The notes: generated by a model not told the origin, from the sequence alone. DNA of 64,000 nucleotides from Candidatus Omnitrophota bacterium (GCA_018830005.1 JAHJTE010000004.1:16792-80791); one strand, 5' to 3'; numbered from the stretch's first letter, positions 27,226 to 38,506 are shown. Translations and numbers: made by a program.

Positions 27226-27624
27226 TTATTCCTTAGTTGGCTTTTCCTTTGCTGCCGGGGCTCGCATAAGAGCAACGTTTTTACGTGGACCTTTTCGTGT
27301 ACGGGCATTGGTCTTTGTACGTTGGCCTCTTACTGGCAGGCTTCTTCTATGACGTAAGCCGCGATAAGTAGAGATATCCACAAGACGTTTTATATTTTGC
27401 GAGATCTCTCTTTTTAAATCGCCTTCGACCTTAAACTCTTTCTGAATTACGTGGTTTATTTTCGAAACCTCTTCGTCACTAAGGTCCTTTGCTTTTTTAT
27501 GAGGGTCTACCCCGGCCTTATCTAATATTGCCAATGAATTAACCGGGCCGACTCCAAAAAGATAACGAAGCGAAATATTAATCTTTTTTTCTTTTGGTAG
27601 ATCTACACCTAATATTCTGGGCAA
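27226..27624 (-). CDS. rpsM: 30S ribosomal protein S13
   Basis: RILGVDLP; [17 protein letters not shown]; TTG start with RBS AAGGAGG. Confidence 0.98.
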   Translation of the reverse strand: MPRILGVDLPKEKKINISLRYLFGVGPVNSLAILDKAGVDPHKKAKDLSDEEVSKINHVIQKEFKVEGDLKREISQNIKRLVDISTYRGLRHRRSLPVRGQRTKTNARTRKGPRKNVALMRAPAAKEKPTKE

Positions 27625-27666
27625 TCTAAAACCTCCTTTAATGACCCCTAGACTTAAAGGGTTAAC

Positions 27667-27780
27667 TTACCCTTGTCTCTGCTTATGCTGGGGGTTAGAG
27701 CAAATAACTCTAACTACTCCACGTCTTTTGATGACCTTGCAATTAAAGCAAAGTCTTTTAACTGCTGTTCTTACTTTCAT
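27667..27780 (-). CDS. rpmJ: 50S ribosomal protein L36 (not in ORF track)
   Basis: Manual translation [37 protein letters not shown]. Confidence 0.97.
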   Translation of the reverse strand: MKVRTAVKRLCFNCKVIKRRGVVRVICSNPQHKQRQG

Positions 27781-27995
27781 TTTGTCCTATAAGTAATCCT
27801 ACCCCGGTTTAGATCATATGGAGAAAGTTCTAATTTTACACGATCGCCTGGTAGGATGCGGATAAAATGCATCCTAATTTTACCTGAAATATGCGCAAGC
27901 ACTATATGGTCGTTTTCTAACTTTACGCGAAACATAGCGTTTGGTAAAGATTCAACAACAACACCTTCTACCTCAATTGCTTCTTCTTTAGCCAT
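27777..27995 (-). CDS. infA: translation initiation factor IF-1
   Basis: [25 protein letters not shown]. Confidence 0.98.
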   Translation of the reverse strand: MAKEEAIEVEGVVVESLPNAMFRVKLENDHIVLAHISGKIRMHFIRILPGDRVKLELSPYDLNRGRITYRTK

Positions 27996-27998
27996 AAG

Positions 27999-28742
27999 TT
28001 ATCTTGTTAAAATAGCGTTTCCTCTTTCAGTTATTAATACGCAGTGTTCGAAATGAGCAGATGGAAACCTGTCTTTAGTTACTGCTGTCCAGCCATCTGA
28101 GAGAATCTCAACAGGATGTGCGCCCATATTGACCATCGGTTCAATCGCCAGGACCATCCCGGCCTTTAATTGTTCTCCCATATGAGGTTTTCCGAAATTC
28201 GGTATCTGCGGGTCCTCGTGTAATTTCTTGCCTATGCCGTGACCAACAAATTCCCGAACTACTGAAAACCCCCTTGAAGCCACAAAGCTTTCTACGGCAT
28301 TAGATATATCTGAGACAAAATTTCCCGGCCGGGCCTTATCAATTGCCTTTGCTAGAGCCTTTTTAGTAACTCTAACTAAATCTACGATTCGGCGATCAAC
28401 ACGCCCAACCAGACAGGTGATTGCAGCATCAGCAAAATAGCCTTGATATTTAACGCCCACATCAATGCTTACAATATCACCTTCTTTTAAAACTCGCCCA
28501 GATGGAATAGCGTGAACTACCTCTTCATTAACACTTGTGCAGATATTAGCAGGATATCCCTCATAGCCTTTAAATGCTGAAACAGCGCCACATTCTTCAA
28601 TTATCGCTAATGCGTAATTCTCTAATGCGACCGTTGTAATCCCAGGGCTGACCTTCCTTCCGATGCCTTTTAGCAGACTTGCCACAATCTTTCCGGCTCT
28701 GCGCATCAGCTCTATTTCTTCAGCAGTTTTTATAGTAATCAT
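27999..28742 (-). CDS. map: methionine aminopeptidase type I
   Basis: SVNEEVVHAIP, GHGIG, AIEPM, SAHFEH; ATGA overlap with adk. Confidence 0.97.
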   Translation of the reverse strand: MITIKTAEEIELMRRAGKIVASLLKGIGRKVSPGITTVALENYALAIIEECGAVSAFKGYEGYPANICTSVNEEVVHAIPSGRVLKEGDIVSIDVGVKYQGYFADAAITCLVGRVDRRIVDLVRVTKKALAKAIDKARPGNFVSDISNAVESFVASRGFSVVREFVGHGIGKKLHEDPQIPNFGKPHMGEQLKAGMVLAIEPMVNMGAHPVEILSDGWTAVTKDRFPSAHFEHCVLITERGNAILTR

Positions 28743-29389
28743 TTCAAACAACTAAAAAACTTTTCTAACTGAGTAAGTGCATCCTCTGCACTTAAATCCC
28801 CGGAAACCTCTTTAAGTTTTTCTTTTTTTTGGTAGTATTCTACTAAATCTTTAGTCTGCTGTTCGTAAGTCTTTATTCTGTTCTTAATGGTTGAGAGCTT
28901 ATCATCGTCACGCTGAATGAGCCTTCCACCGCAATTATCACAGATGCCCTCATTTTTAGGCGGTAAATTCTTTATATGGAAATTGACACCGCAATCCTTA
29001 CATACCCTGCGACCAGAAAGTCTCTGTATTATTGTCTCTTCTGATGCCTTTAAATATATCACCCAGTCAATAACTGTTGAAAGTTTCTTCAATATTGCAT
29101 CGACTGCTATTGCCTGTTGGATGTTCCTGGGAAAACCATCCAATATAAAGCCTTTTCCAGCATCAATAGCTTCAAGCTTGTTTTCAACCAGCAACGTTAC
29201 TAAATTATCAGGGACCAATACGCCTCTGTCTATATAAGATTTGGCCTCTTTTCCTAAAGAGGTCTCATTGCGCACTGCCTGCCTTAATAAATCCCCTGTT
29301 GAGATATGCGGTATATTGAATTTCTTGCTTAAAAGCACTGCTTGCGTGCCCTTTCCTGCGCCTGGAGAGCCAAGAAGAATTATCCTCAT
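28739..29389 (-). CDS. adk: adenylate kinase (Zn-binding lid)
   Basis: GSPGAGKGTQ, LDGFPR, CxxC...CxxC lid. Confidence 0.98.
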   Translation of the reverse strand: MRIILLGSPGAGKGTQAVLLSKKFNIPHISTGDLLRQAVRNETSLGKEAKSYIDRGVLVPDNLVTLLVENKLEAIDAGKGFILDGFPRNIQQAIAVDAILKKLSTVIDWVIYLKASEETIIQRLSGRRVCKDCGVNFHIKNLPPKNEGICDNCGGRLIQRDDDKLSTIKNRIKTYEQQTKDLVEYYQKKEKLKEVSGDLSAEDALTQLEKFFSCLK

Positions 29390-30738
29390 CGCGTCCGCCC
29401 TCTAATCTGACCGGATTTCATAAAGCCTTCGTAATTACGCATTAGAAGTTGAGATTCGATCTGCTTAGCAGTATCAAGTAAAACACCGACTACAATTAAG
29501 ATCCCTGTTCCTCCAAAAAAGGAAGCAATCAAGTAAGGAATCTCAAGCCAGGCCATTATTAAATCAGGAAATACAGCAATAAAGACAATAAACATTGCAC
29601 CCGCTAAGGTAATTCGAGTCATAACAAAGTCAAGATAATCTGATGTTGGCTTTCCCGGTCTTATCCCAGGAATAAAGCCTCCATATTTTTTCATGTTATC
29701 TGAAATGTCAATAGGGTTGAATACAATGGCTGTGTAAAAATAGCAGAAAAACATAATTAAACCTGCATATACCAAGGTATAGAGAAAATGTCCCCTAACT
29801 AAACTTTGCGCCAAACGTTGAAAGGCAGGATTAGGTATAAAAGAAGCTAAGGTCGCAGGAAACAGGATTATTGATTGCGCGAATATAATAGCTATTACTC
29901 CTGACATATCAACTCGTAAGGGCAAGTAAGTACTTTGACCTCCATAAATTTTTCTGCCCACAACCCTGCGCGCATACTGAACAGGTATTTTGCGCTGGCC
30001 CTGAGTAATAAAGGCAACAGCAAATATTACTCCAAATAATATAAAAGGTAAGATTAAAAGCTTAGCCGGATTACCAATTACTGCCTGTGCAGCCGCCCCT
30101 GGATTAACTAAAAGATACAACTGATACAAGGCCGAGGGAATTCTAGAAATTATGCCTACAGTAATAATCAATGAGATTCCGTTTCCGATTCCCCTTTCCT
30201 GTATTTGCTCCCCTAACCACATAACAAAAAGCGTTCCTGCAGTCAGGGTAATTACAGTAACAAAGCGAAAGATCAATCCTGGATTTGAAACGATCTGTAG
30301 GTCTTGAAAGCGTGCAGGATTTTCCAACCATAGCGCAATGAAGAATCCTTGAACTACAGCCAACAAGACTGTTCCGTAGCGCGTAAGCTGGGTTATCTTC
30401 TTTTGACCCTCTCTACCTTCCTTTGCAATTCGCTCCAAGGCAGGGATTACTGCTGTTAAGAGCTGTAGAATAATTGAAGACGAAATATAAGGCATGATCC
30501 CGAGAGCAAAGATTGTCAATCTGCTTATCGCACCACCTGAGAACATATTCATTATGCCAAAGAGCGTACCGCCTTGAGTCTGGCTCATCCTTTCAAAAAA
30601 TTGTGCTAAGGCCGAGCTATTAATTCCAGGCGTCGGTATAAAAGAGCCAATTCTATAAACAAAGATAATCCCCAGAGTAAAGAGGATTTTCTTTTTTAAA
30701 TCGGGTATTTTAAAACAGTTGGCAAAGGAAGAAAGCAT
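29386..30738 (-). CDS. secY: preprotein translocase SecY
   Basis: IFALGIMPYI, GIGNGISL, FIPGIRPG. Confidence 0.98.
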   Translation of the reverse strand: MLSSFANCFKIPDLKKKILFTLGIIFVYRIGSFIPTPGINSSALAQFFERMSQTQGGTLFGIMNMFSGGAISRLTIFALGIMPYISSSIILQLLTAVIPALERIAKEGREGQKKITQLTRYGTVLLAVVQGFFIALWLENPARFQDLQIVSNPGLIFRFVTVITLTAGTLFVMWLGEQIQERGIGNGISLIITVGIISRIPSALYQLYLLVNPGAAAQAVIGNPAKLLILPFILFGVIFAVAFITQGQRKIPVQYARRVVGRKIYGGQSTYLPLRVDMSGVIAIIFAQSIILFPATLASFIPNPAFQRLAQSLVRGHFLYTLVYAGLIMFFCYFYTAIVFNPIDISDNMKKYGGFIPGIRPGKPTSDYLDFVMTRITLAGAMFIVFIAVFPDLIMAWLEIPYLIASFFGGTGILIVVGVLLDTAKQIESQLLMRNYEGFMKSGQIRGRTR

Positions 30739-30743
30739 TCTAT

Positions 30744-31184
30744 TTATTTAACTATCTTACCACCGGCTTCTTCAACTTTTTTGATTGCGTTAGCTGAGAA
30801 CTTGCATCCTTTAAAGACAAAAGAGCGCGACAACTTACCATCGCTTAATATCTTGACTGGTTTCTTATCAGACTTAATAAGACCTGCCTCTTTTAAGAAA
30901 CTAGGTGTAATCTCTTCAATTTCTTTTTTAATATTTTTACTAATAGCCTCCAAGCTTACTATCTGGTAAATATGCTTCTTATATACATTAAAACCAACCT
31001 TTGGCAGCTTCCTCATAAGCCGCGTCTGTCCACCAGCAAAACCAAGATAGGTTGTTCTGCCTGTTCTTGCCTTATGTCCTTTATGCCCCCGAGTTGATGT
31101 TTTACCATGGCCAGAAGAACTGCCGCGACCAACCCTCTTTTTTCTCTTTTGCCTAATCCTTGGTCTCAATTGATTAATTAACAT
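30744..31184 (-). CDS. rplO: 50S ribosomal protein L15
   Basis: RVGRGSSSGHGKTSTRGHKG. Confidence 0.97.
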   Translation of the reverse strand: MLINQLRPRIRQKRKKRVGRGSSSGHGKTSTRGHKGHKARTGRTTYLGFAGGQTRLMRKLPKVGFNVYKKHIYQIVSLEAISKNIKKEIEEITPSFLKEAGLIKSDKKPVKILSDGKLSRSFVFKGCKFSANAIKKVEEAGGKIVK

Positions 31185-31185
31185 T

Positions 31186-31656
31186 TTAAACCTTTGCAGC
31201 CTTCAGCTTTAAAAAGCCAGTGATGGTGGCCTTAGTAACATTAATCGGGTTATTTGACGTTAGACACTTAGTTAAGATATCCCTAATCCCCGCAGCCTCA
31301 CAAACCGCTCTTACGCAACCAGCGGCAATAACACCGGTTCCGGGCCTTGCAGGCTTGAGCAATACTCTTGCAGCACCGTATCGACCTATAATTGTATGAG
31401 TAATAGTCTTCTCAACCATCGGTACAGTTATCATTGCATTTTTTGCCTTACTAATAGATTTACGAATCGCGCTTGCTACTTCGTTCGCCTTCTCTAGCCC
31501 AAGACCAACGTGGCCCTTTCCATCACCCACAACAACCAGGGCGTTAAAATTAAGCTTTTTACCGCCTTTGGTTACCTTGGTTACGCGATTAATGCTTATA
31601 ACTTTTTCAATAAGTGCTTCTTGGCTTTGAGTTTCTTGTTTTTTAGCTTCTGTCAT
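31186..31656 (-). CDS. rpsE: 30S ribosomal protein S5
   Basis: [19 protein letters not shown]. Confidence 0.97.
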   Translation of the reverse strand: MTEAKKQETQSQEALIEKVISINRVTKVTKGGKKLNFNALVVVGDGKGHVGLGLEKANEVASAIRKSISKAKNAMITVPMVEKTITHTIIGRYGAARVLLKPARPGTGVIAAGCVRAVCEAAGIRDILTKCLTSNNPINVTKATITGFLKLKAAKV

Positions 31657-31657
31657 T

Positions 31658-32017
31658 TTAGAATTCCAACCCTGCCTTTCTTGCGGCCTCTGCTAAGGCC
31701 TTTATTCTTCCGTGATAAGGTCGATCTCTTCTATCAAAAACAACCTTGCTGATGCCTTTTTCTTTTGCTCGTTGAGCCAGAATCCCACCAAGCATATCTG
31801 CTGCTTTAGTGTTGCCGCCATATACATTAGCACCCTTTAATTTTTTATCTAAAGTAGAGGCGCTAAGCAAGGTACTATGATTTTCATCATCAACGAGCTG
31901 AACGAATATGTTTGATAATGTTCTAATGACGGCGAGTCGCGGCCTCTGTTTCGTGCCGCATATCTTAACCCTTGTTCTAATCTGTCTTTTAAGTCGCCTT
32001 GTCTTTTTATCTCTCAT
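31658..32017 (-). CDS. rplR: 50S ribosomal protein L18
   Basis: [22 protein letters not shown]. Confidence 0.97.
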   Translation of the reverse strand: MRDKKTRRLKRQIRTRVKICGTKQRPRLAVIRTLSNIFVQLVDDENHSTLLSASTLDKKLKGANVYGGNTKAADMLGGILAQRAKEKGISKVVFDRRDRPYHGRIKALAEAARKAGLEF

Positions 32018-32025
32018 AGCTTGAT

Positions 32026-32565
32026 TTATTTAGATACAACCTTACCTACTTTTCTACGAACCTTTTCGTCAGTATAACGGATGCCCTTACCTTTATAAGG
32101 CTCAGGAGGAAAAATATGTCTAATCTCTGCTGCTATCTGGCCGACACGTGCCTTATCCATACCCTCAATAGTAATTTTATTCTGTTTACCAACCTGAACC
32201 TTAATGTCATCAGGAATCGGAAAATTTACCGGGTGTGAAAAACCCAATTGCATATTGAGCACCTTACCCTGCACCTGAGCACGAAAACCAACACCAACAA
32301 TTTCTAGCTCTTTAACAAAACCTTTCTCTACGCCTGCAATCAAATTAAAAGCCAGGCTTCTTGCCAGGCCATGTAGAGATTTACTGCTTTTGGTATCATT
32401 GGGTCGAGACAAAATTAATCTATCTTTATCGACCTTGGCAGTAATTGGCAAAGGAATGTTAAGAGCTTGCTTTCCTTTTGCGCCGCTGGCAGTTATGACC
32501 TGCTTAGAAATTTCGACTTTTACTTCTTTTGGAATAGCTATTGGTTTTTCGCCTACTCGTGACAT
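32026..32565 (-). CDS. rplF: 50S ribosomal protein L6
   Basis: MSRVG; PEPYKGKGIRY. Confidence 0.97.
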   Translation of the reverse strand: MSRVGEKPIAIPKEVKVEISKQVITASGAKGKQALNIPLPITAKVDKDRLILSRPNDTKSSKSLHGLARSLAFNLIAGVEKGFVKELEIVGVGFRAQVQGKVLNMQLGFSHPVNFPIPDDIKVQVGKQNKITIEGMDKARVGQIAAEIRHIFPPEPYKGKGIRYTDEKVRRKVGKVVSK

Positions 32566-32585
32566 CTTTCTGTCCTATTGTTAAC

Positions 32586-32981
32586 TCACCAGACGGATAG
32601 AATAATCTCACCGCCTATTTTCATCTCTCTGGCTTCTTTATTGGTTACAACACCTTTAGAGGTAGTGAGAATTGCCAAACCCAGTCCATTTAATACCTTG
32701 GGTATTCTCTTAGCATGAACATATCTTCTCAAGCTAGACTTAGAAACACGCTCTAATCCGATAATGGCTGATTTTCCTTCGGAATCATACTTTAAATAAA
32801 CGCGAATTAACTTCGGAGTTTGACCTTCTAAGACCTTAAGGTTACTAATATAATTTTCACGCTTTAATATCTCTAAGATTGACAATATAAGATTATTCTT
32901 AATTACATCGACAGTTTCTTTTTTGATCATATAAGCGTTGCGGATTACTGTCAGTGTATCAGCGACTAAATCTGTCCTCAT
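32586..32981 (-). CDS. rpsH: 30S ribosomal protein S8
   Basis: LTVIRNA; GLGLAILTTSKGV; GGE. Confidence 0.96.
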   Translation of the reverse strand: MRTDLVADTLTVIRNAYMIKKETVDVIKNNLILSILEILKRENYISNLKVLEGQTPKLIRVYLKYDSEGKSAIIGLERVSKSSLRRYVHAKRIPKVLNGLGLAILTTSKGVVTNKEAREMKIGGEIILSVW

Positions 32982-33034
32982 TGATTCTCCTCATAATAAA
33001 CAACTAGTGTACTTTAGAGCAAAACCCTTTCATC

Positions 33035-33220
33035 TTACCAACTTGCCTTTTTTACTCCGGGAATTTGACCTTTCCAGGCGAGTTCACGGAAACAAATTCT
33101 ACATAAATTAAATCTACGCAAATATCCGCGTCTCCTGCCGCAAATGCGACAACGATTATATTTTCGTGTGCTAAATTTTGCTGTCTTACTCCATCTTTCA
33201 ATTTGTGATTTTTTTGCCAT
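33035..33220 (-). CDS. rpsN: 30S ribosomal protein S14 (zinc-binding type)
   Basis: [23 protein letters not shown]. Confidence 0.97.
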   Translation of the reverse strand: MAKKSQIERWSKTAKFSTRKYNRCRICGRRRGYLRRFNLCRICFRELAWKGQIPGVKKASW

Positions 33221-33781
33221 TTAGCTTGCCTTACCTTGTGTTTGAAAGGGCATTCCAAATAATCTCAACAATTCTCTGGCCTCTTCCTTTGCCTTGGCAG
33301 TTATGCAGATAGTTACGTTCATTCCTTGCGAAAATTCAATCTTATCATATTCAATTTCAGGAAAGATTAGCTGTTCTGCAATGCCAAATGAATAGTTACC
33401 AGCCTCATCGAAGGAATTCTGCGAGAGGCCGCGAAAATCCCTAATACGAGGAAGCGCAATATTGATTAGTCGGTCGAGAAATTCATACATCCTGGCTCGA
33501 CGCAAAGTCACCTTTAACCCCACAGGATGACCTTGCTTTATTTTAAAATTAGATACCGCCTTTTTAGCGCGTCTTTTAATTGGCTTCTGACCGGTTATAG
33601 TAGCAAGATCAGCCATGGCCACATCAAGAAGCTTAATATCATCTACAGCCTCACCCACCCCCATGTTGACGACAATCTTGCTAATATGCGGCACAGACAT
33701 AGAATTCTTATAACCGAATTTTGACTGTAACTGCGGGACTATTTCTTTTGTGTATTTTTCTTTTAATCTAGGTTTATTCAT
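33221..33781 (-). CDS. rplE: 50S ribosomal protein L5
   Basis: [24 protein letters not shown]. Confidence 0.98.
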   Translation of the reverse strand: MNKPRLKEKYTKEIVPQLQSKFGYKNSMSVPHISKIVVNMGVGEAVDDIKLLDVAMADLATITGQKPIKRRAKKAVSNFKIKQGHPVGLKVTLRRARMYEFLDRLINIALPRIRDFRGLSQNSFDEAGNYSFGIAEQLIFPEIEYDKIEFSQGMNVTICITAKAKEEARELLRLFGMPFQTQGKAS

Positions 33782-33785
33782 GAAT

Positions 33786-34097
33786 TTATATTGTATTGTT
33801 GCATTTAATGCATAGTCGAGTTTTTGACTTATCCTTTAAAGTTCCGATTTTAACACGTACAGGCTTATTACATTGCCTGCAGAGGATCATGAGATTTGAT
33901 AGGCTAACTGGATTCTCCTTTTCTATAATGCCGCCCTTTTGATTTTCTTGAGTCCGACGCATATGCTTCTTAAAGAAATTAATCTTTTCTACGATCGCCT
34001 TCTGGTTTTGTGAAAAGACCCTTAAGACCTTTCCCGTCTTTCCCCTATCTTTACCGGAGATTACCTTTACTATATCGCCTTTTTTTATCTTATCCAT
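33786..34097 (-). CDS. rplX: 50S ribosomal protein L24
   Basis: KOW motif [21 protein letters not shown]. Confidence 0.97.
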   Translation of the reverse strand: MDKIKKGDIVKVISGKDRGKTGKVLRVFSQNQKAIVEKINFFKKHMRRTQENQKGGIIEKENPVSLSNLMILCRQCNKPVRVKIGTLKDKSKTRLCIKCNNTI

Positions 34098-34118
34098 TAC
34101 TGCACCGTTGGAGGAATT

Positions 34119-34487
34119 TTATATAACCTCAGGGGCCAAAGAAATTATTTTCATAAAGTTTTTATCACGTAATTCTCTGGCTACCGGCCCAAAAACCCTA
34201 GTACCCCTTGGATTCAATTGGGCATCTATTATTACAACTGCATTCCTATCAAATGTGACATAGCTACCATCGTTGCGGCAAATCTTCTTTTTCGTTCTAA
34301 CCACAACTGCTGTAACAACCTCTCCCTTTTTTACGGCAGCATCTGCAATCGATTCCTTTATATTGACTTTGATAATATCACCAATGAATGCAAATTTTTT
34401 GCCCCTGCGCCCTAATACACCAATACAAGAAGCAATTTTTGCCCCTGTATTATCGGCGACATCAAGTCTTGAACGTAGTTGAATCAT
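34119..34487 (-). CDS. rplN: 50S ribosomal protein L14
   Basis: VADNTGA; GTRVFGPV; ISLAPEV. Confidence 0.98.
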   Translation of the reverse strand: MIQLRSRLDVADNTGAKIASCIGVLGRRGKKFAFIGDIIKVNIKESIADAAVKKGEVVTAVVVRTKKKICRNDGSYVTFDRNAVVIIDAQLNPRGTRVFGPVARELRDKNFMKIISLAPEVI

Positions 34488-34518
34488 AACTTTTAATAAA
34501 TTTAATTACTAGCTATTG

Positions 34519-34770
34519 TTATTTAATAATTTCTACCAGGCGCCATCGCTTATCTTTAGAAAGCGGACGCGTCTCCATAATCCTGACAGTATCCCCAACA
34601 TTGGCCTCATTCTTTTCGTCATGGACCTTGAATTTTTTATTCTGGCCTACGAGACGTTTATAGCGAGCATGGAACTGCACAGTTGAAACACGCACCACTG
34701 CTGTCTTATTCATCTTATTGCCTATTACAACACCGGATAATACTTTTCTGCTATGTCTTTTTTTGTCCAC
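34519..34770 (-). CDS. rpsQ: 30S ribosomal protein S17
   Basis: KMNKT; HDE; [11 protein letters not shown]. Confidence 0.97.
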   Translation of the reverse strand: MDKKRHSRKVLSGVVIGNKMNKTAVVRVSTVQFHARYKRLVGQNKKFKVHDEKNEANVGDTVRIMETRPLSKDKRWRLVEIIK

Positions 34771-34963
34771 TTTCTTCTTGCTCCTGCTCTTTTAATAACG
34801 TTTGAATTCTGGCAACGTCTTTTTTTAGCAACTTGAATCTATGAGGCTTTTCAACACGGCCGATCTTTCTCTGGTAATTCAGCTTAAAGATTTCCTCTTT
34901 AAGCTGAGTCTCCTTTGTGAGCAATTCGTCTTTATTTAAATTACGTAATTCTTCAATCTTCAT
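34751..34963 (-). CDS. rpmC: 50S ribosomal protein L29
   Basis: ELR...KKDVARIQT; position in the S10 operon. Confidence 0.95.
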   Translation of the reverse strand: MKIEELRNLNKDELLTKETQLKEEIFKLNYQRKIGRVEKPHRFKLLKKDVARIQTLLKEQEQEESGQKKT

Positions 34964-34967
34964 GGTA

Positions 34968-35381
34968 TTAATGCATTCTTGTTAAAAATTTAGTTCGAAT
35001 CGGTAGTTTGTGGGCAGCAAGACTTAGGGCCTGTCTGGCAAATTCCTTTGGGACTCCACCTAACTCAAATAATACCCTGCCCCTTCTTATAACAGCAACC
35101 CAGTGGTCTAATTCTCCCTTACCCTTACCCTGTCTGGTTTCAGCTGGTTTCTTGGTTACGGATTTATCCGGAAATACCCTAATCCAGAGTTTACCGCCGC
35201 CTCTTAGCTGTTTGGTCAAAGTAACCCTTGCCGATTCCAGTTGATTATTTTTTAGATAACCATTCTCCAATGCCTTTAGTCCAAATTCACCAAAATTAAT
35301 TGACGTTCCGCGGGCAGCCTCTCCCCGGCGAGAACCCCTTTGGGCCTTACGATATTTAACTCTTTTAGGCATAAGAACCAT
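34968..35381 (-). CDS. rplP: 50S ribosomal protein L16
   Basis: MPKRVKYRK; KPAETRQGKGKG. Confidence 0.97.
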   Translation of the reverse strand: MVLMPKRVKYRKAQRGSRRGEAARGTSINFGEFGLKALENGYLKNNQLESARVTLTKQLRGGGKLWIRVFPDKSVTKKPAETRQGKGKGELDHWVAVIRRGRVLFELGGVPKEFARQALSLAAHKLPIRTKFLTRMH

Positions 35382-35398
35382 GGTGGAACCTCTAAATC

Positions 35399-36073
35399 TT
35401 ACTGTTTAGCGCTTTCTGGTTTACCTTCGGATACCTTGCCAACGCCAGGAATAATATCACCTTTATAAACCCACACCTTTATACCAATCAAACCATATGT
35501 TGTAAGTGCTTCAGTAAATCCATAGTTGATGTCTGCACGAAAGGTCTGTAAGGGAATCTTGCCTTCTTTGTAAGTCTCTCTTCTTGCAATTTCAGCTCCT
35601 CCCAGCCTTCCGGCACAACTAATTTTTATGCCTTTTGCACCACTATTTATTGCCTGATCAATAGCCCTTTTAATTGCCCGCTTGAAAGCAATTCTTTTAA
35701 CTAGCTGAAAGGATATATTTTCGGCGATCAATTGTGCATCAGCTGCCGCGTTTTTAATCTCCCCAATTTCAATATTGAACTCCTTCTTGACAATATTACC
35801 GAGTTCGTTACGTAGCCTCTCAATCTCAGAGCCATGACGACCAATTATGACTCCGGGTCTTGCTGTATTGATTCTGATATTTAACTTATCGGACATTCTT
35901 TTAATTTCAATGCTCGAGACCGCTGCCTGAGAAGTGCGTTTTTTTATGAATTTCCTTATCTGATAGTCTTCTTGAATAAATTTTGGATAATCCTTCTTAT
36001 TGGCATACCAAGGAGATATCCAATCCTTTATTATACCGATCCTTAAAATCAACGGATGTACTTTTTGACCCAA
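35399..36073 (-). CDS. rpsC: 30S ribosomal protein S3
   Basis: GQKVHP; RPGVIIGR; GRLGGAEIAR. Confidence 0.98.
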   Translation of the reverse strand: MGQKVHPLILRIGIIKDWISPWYANKKDYPKFIQEDYQIRKFIKKRTSQAAVSSIEIKRMSDKLNIRINTARPGVIIGRHGSEIERLRNELGNIVKKEFNIEIGEIKNAAADAQLIAENISFQLVKRIAFKRAIKRAIDQAINSGAKGIKISCAGRLGGAEIARRETYKEGKIPLQTFRADINYGFTEALTTYGLIGIKVWVYKGDIIPGVGKVSEGKPESAKQ

Positions 36074-36081
36074 AACTCCTC

Positions 36082-36414
36082 CTATTTAATTACGTCTAAT
36101 TCCAAATTAATATGGCTCGTCCTCTTTCTAATCCTCATTGCCCGACCGAAAGAAGCAGCCCTGTATCTCTTCCAGGTTGATGCCCCATCAACAACGAATT
36201 TTGAAATAAATAGCTGTTGGGCAGTCAAGCCTTTTACCTTTGCATTGGCAATAGCAGAATTAACTAATTTAATAATTGGTTCCTTAGAACCACGCGATAT
36301 GCTCTGCAAGATTGCAAGGACTTCAATTACAGGTTTTCCTCGAAGCAGATTAACAACCTCACGTACCTTACGTGGTGCAATTCGAACAAATTTTAATGAC
36401 GCCTTTGCGACCAT
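36082..36414 (-). CDS. rplV: 50S ribosomal protein L22
   Basis: RIAPRKVR; SAIANA; KRTSHI. Confidence 0.97.
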   Translation of the reverse strand: MVAKASLKFVRIAPRKVREVVNLLRGKPVIEVLAILQSISRGSKEPIIKLVNSAIANAKVKGLTAQQLFISKFVVDGASTWKRYRAASFGRAMRIRKRTSHINLELDVIK

Positions 36415-36439
36415 GATAAACTTCCATCCTTAAGTCTGT

Positions 36440-36727
36440 TTATGTCTTTTCAGGTCCTTTCTTTGCCTTTACGCCGCCATGTTTACGGAATGTACGCGTT
36501 GGTGCGAATTCTCCTAACTTATGCCCAACCATATTCTCGGTAATAAAAACTGGAATGTGCTTCCTGCCATCATGGACAGCAATTGTAAGGCCTACAAAAT
36601 CTGGAGTTATGGTTGAACGACGACTCCATGTCTTTATTGGTTGCCTGGAGCCCATCCTTCTAGCCTTCTCAACCTTTTTCTCCAATTTCTCGTCAACAAA
36701 CGGACCTTTTTTAATAGATCTAGACAT
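36440..36727 (-). CDS. rpsS: 30S ribosomal protein S19
   Basis: RSIKKGPF; [13 protein letters not shown]. Confidence 0.98.
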   Translation of the reverse strand: MSRSIKKGPFVDEKLEKKVEKARRMGSRQPIKTWSRRSTITPDFVGLTIAVHDGRKHIPVFITENMVGHKLGEFAPTRTFRKHGGVKAKKGPEKT

Positions 36728-36736
36728 TTTTATTAG

Positions 36737-37570
36737 TTAGTTAATTCGTTTTATAATGAATTTATCTGAATATTTCGTCTTTTTTCTTGTCTTAAAACCT
36801 TTCGTTGGTTTTCCCCAAGGGGTTACAGGATGAGGATTACCTTGTCCTGCCTTACCTTCGCCTCCACCATGAGGATGATCAATGGGGTTCATTGCCACTC
36901 CACGAACCGAAGGTCTTATGCCAAGCCAGCGCCGTCTACCTGCCTTTCCATACATTAAAGAACTATGTTCACTATTACTTACATTTCCAATCGTCGCCAT
37001 ACAATCTAGACCAACGAGCCTTAATTCTCCCGAAGGCAATTTAACTTGAGCGAATTTCCCCTCCTTAGCAGTAATCACAGCTGATGAACCTGCACTGCGA
37101 ACAATTATGCCTCCAAGGCCACGTCTTAGCTCAATATTATGTATGGGCGTACCAGGTGGTATCAACTTTAGTGATAAGCAATTGCCTATCTTAATTTCAG
37201 TATTTGGATTCTCGCTTGCCAGGACTTGATTTCCTTCAACTAAACCAGTCGGCGCAATAATATAGCGTTTCTCGCCATCTTCATATTTAAGTAATGCGAT
37301 TCTTGCGCTTCGATTCGGATCATACTCAATAGCAATAACTATTGCAGGCATATCTCTTTTATCGCGCTTAAAATCAATAATGCGATATTGACGCTTACGG
37401 CCGCCGCCTCGATGCCTAACAGTAATGCGGCCAAGACTATTCCTGCCACCACTTTTTCTAAGGTCTGTGCAGAGGCTTTTCTCTCTCTTTTTCTTGGTTA
37501 ACCCATCAAAGCCTGAAGTTATAGTCCATCTGAGAGCAGGTGTTACTGGTTTATATTTTTTTATAGCCAT
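36737..37570 (-). CDS. rplB: 50S ribosomal protein L2
   Basis: [10 protein letters not shown]; [17 protein letters not shown]. Confidence 0.98.
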   Translation of the reverse strand: MAIKKYKPVTPALRWTITSGFDGLTKKKREKSLCTDLRKSGGRNSLGRITVRHRGGGRKRQYRIIDFKRDKRDMPAIVIAIEYDPNRSARIALLKYEDGEKRYIIAPTGLVEGNQVLASENPNTEIKIGNCLSLKLIPPGTPIHNIELRRGLGGIIVRSAGSSAVITAKEGKFAQVKLPSGELRLVGLDCMATIGNVSNSEHSSLMYGKAGRRRWLGIRPSVRGVAMNPIDHPHGGGEGKAGQGNPHPVTPWGKPTKGFKTRKKTKYSDKFIIKRIN

Positions 37571-37583
37571 AATAAATTATAAG

Positions 37584-37865
37584 TTAAGTGGTCTCTATTT
37601 TTTGACCCTCTACTAAAGTTACGGTTGCCCTTTTCCAATCAGGGGTTTTTCCATACTGATAACGCACTTTCTTCAATTTACCAGGACAAATTTGAGTATT
37701 TATCTTTTTTACTTTAACTTTATAAATTTGCTCAACTGCCTTTTTTATTTGCAGTTTGTTGGCATATTTTGCAACCCAAAATAGATATTTGCCATATGGC
37801 TCTAAGTAAGACGTGCCTTTTTCTGTACGTACAAGACTCTTGATTATGTCAAATCTAGTTATCAT
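37584..37865 (-). CDS. rplW: 50S ribosomal protein L23
   Basis: TEK; ANKLQIKKAVE; WKRA. Confidence 0.96.
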   Translation of the reverse strand: MITRFDIIKSLVRTEKGTSYLEPYGKYLFWVAKYANKLQIKKAVEQIYKVKVKKINTQICPGKLKKVRYQYGKTPDWKRATVTLVEGQKIETT

Positions 37866-38506
37866 TTTATTCTATCCACTATTTTTTGCAAAGCTGCCTT
37901 TGTAAGGACAAGCCTCTTAGATTTCAGAACGTCGTAGGCGTTAACATTAGAAGCCAATTTTACTTCTAAAAAGGGAATATTCCTTGCTGCAAACAGTATA
38001 TTCTCATCAGATTCTGACAAAAGTAATAATACCTTATTTTTGATATTAAGCGTAGTTAAAATAGAAAATAAAAGTTTGGTTTTTGGTTTTTCGATTTTTA
38101 ATTTGTCTAAGATGGTTATTGCCTTTTCATTAAACCTATCAATTATTGAATGCCTTAGAGCTTCTCGCTTTAACCTTTTGGGAATGCTGTAATGGCTGTT
38201 GCGCGGTATGGGGCCAAAGGCAACGCCACCGCCTTTCCATATTGGATTTCTATTGGAACCTACCCTGGCCCTGCCAGTTCCTTTCTGACGCCAAGGCTTA
38301 GCACCACCACCAGAAACATCACCCCTATTTTTAGTAGCTGCCAATTTGCATTTTTCATTGTTTTGATACATTGAAACTGCCCTATGCAACAAGAAGGGCT
38401 TAACGTCTACATCCGAAAATATCTTCGGCAGCTTAATCTTGTCTATTTCTTTTCCGCTAATATCCTGTAGCGCTATTTCTTTTGCTAAAACCTTATTTTG
38501 TTTCAT
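37862..38506 (-). CDS. rplD: 50S ribosomal protein L4
   Basis: GGGAKPWRQKGTGRAR; GGGVAFGP. Confidence 0.97.
   Translation of the reverse strand: MKQNKVLAKEIALQDISGKEIDKIKLPKIFSDVDVKPFLLHRAVSMYQNNEKCKLAATKNRGDVSGGGAKPWRQKGTGRARVGSNRNPIWKGGGVAFGPIPRNSHYSIPKRLKREALRHSIIDRFNEKAITILDKLKIEKPKTKLLFSILTTLNIKNKVLLLLSESDENILFAARNIPFLEVKLASNVNAYDVLKSKRLVLTKAALQKIVDRIK

Noticed and set aside
27627-27666. Hairpin upstream of rpsM as an S4-binding alpha-operon leader
   Set aside because: Only a ~6-bp weak stem; a pseudoknot cannot be supported by eye
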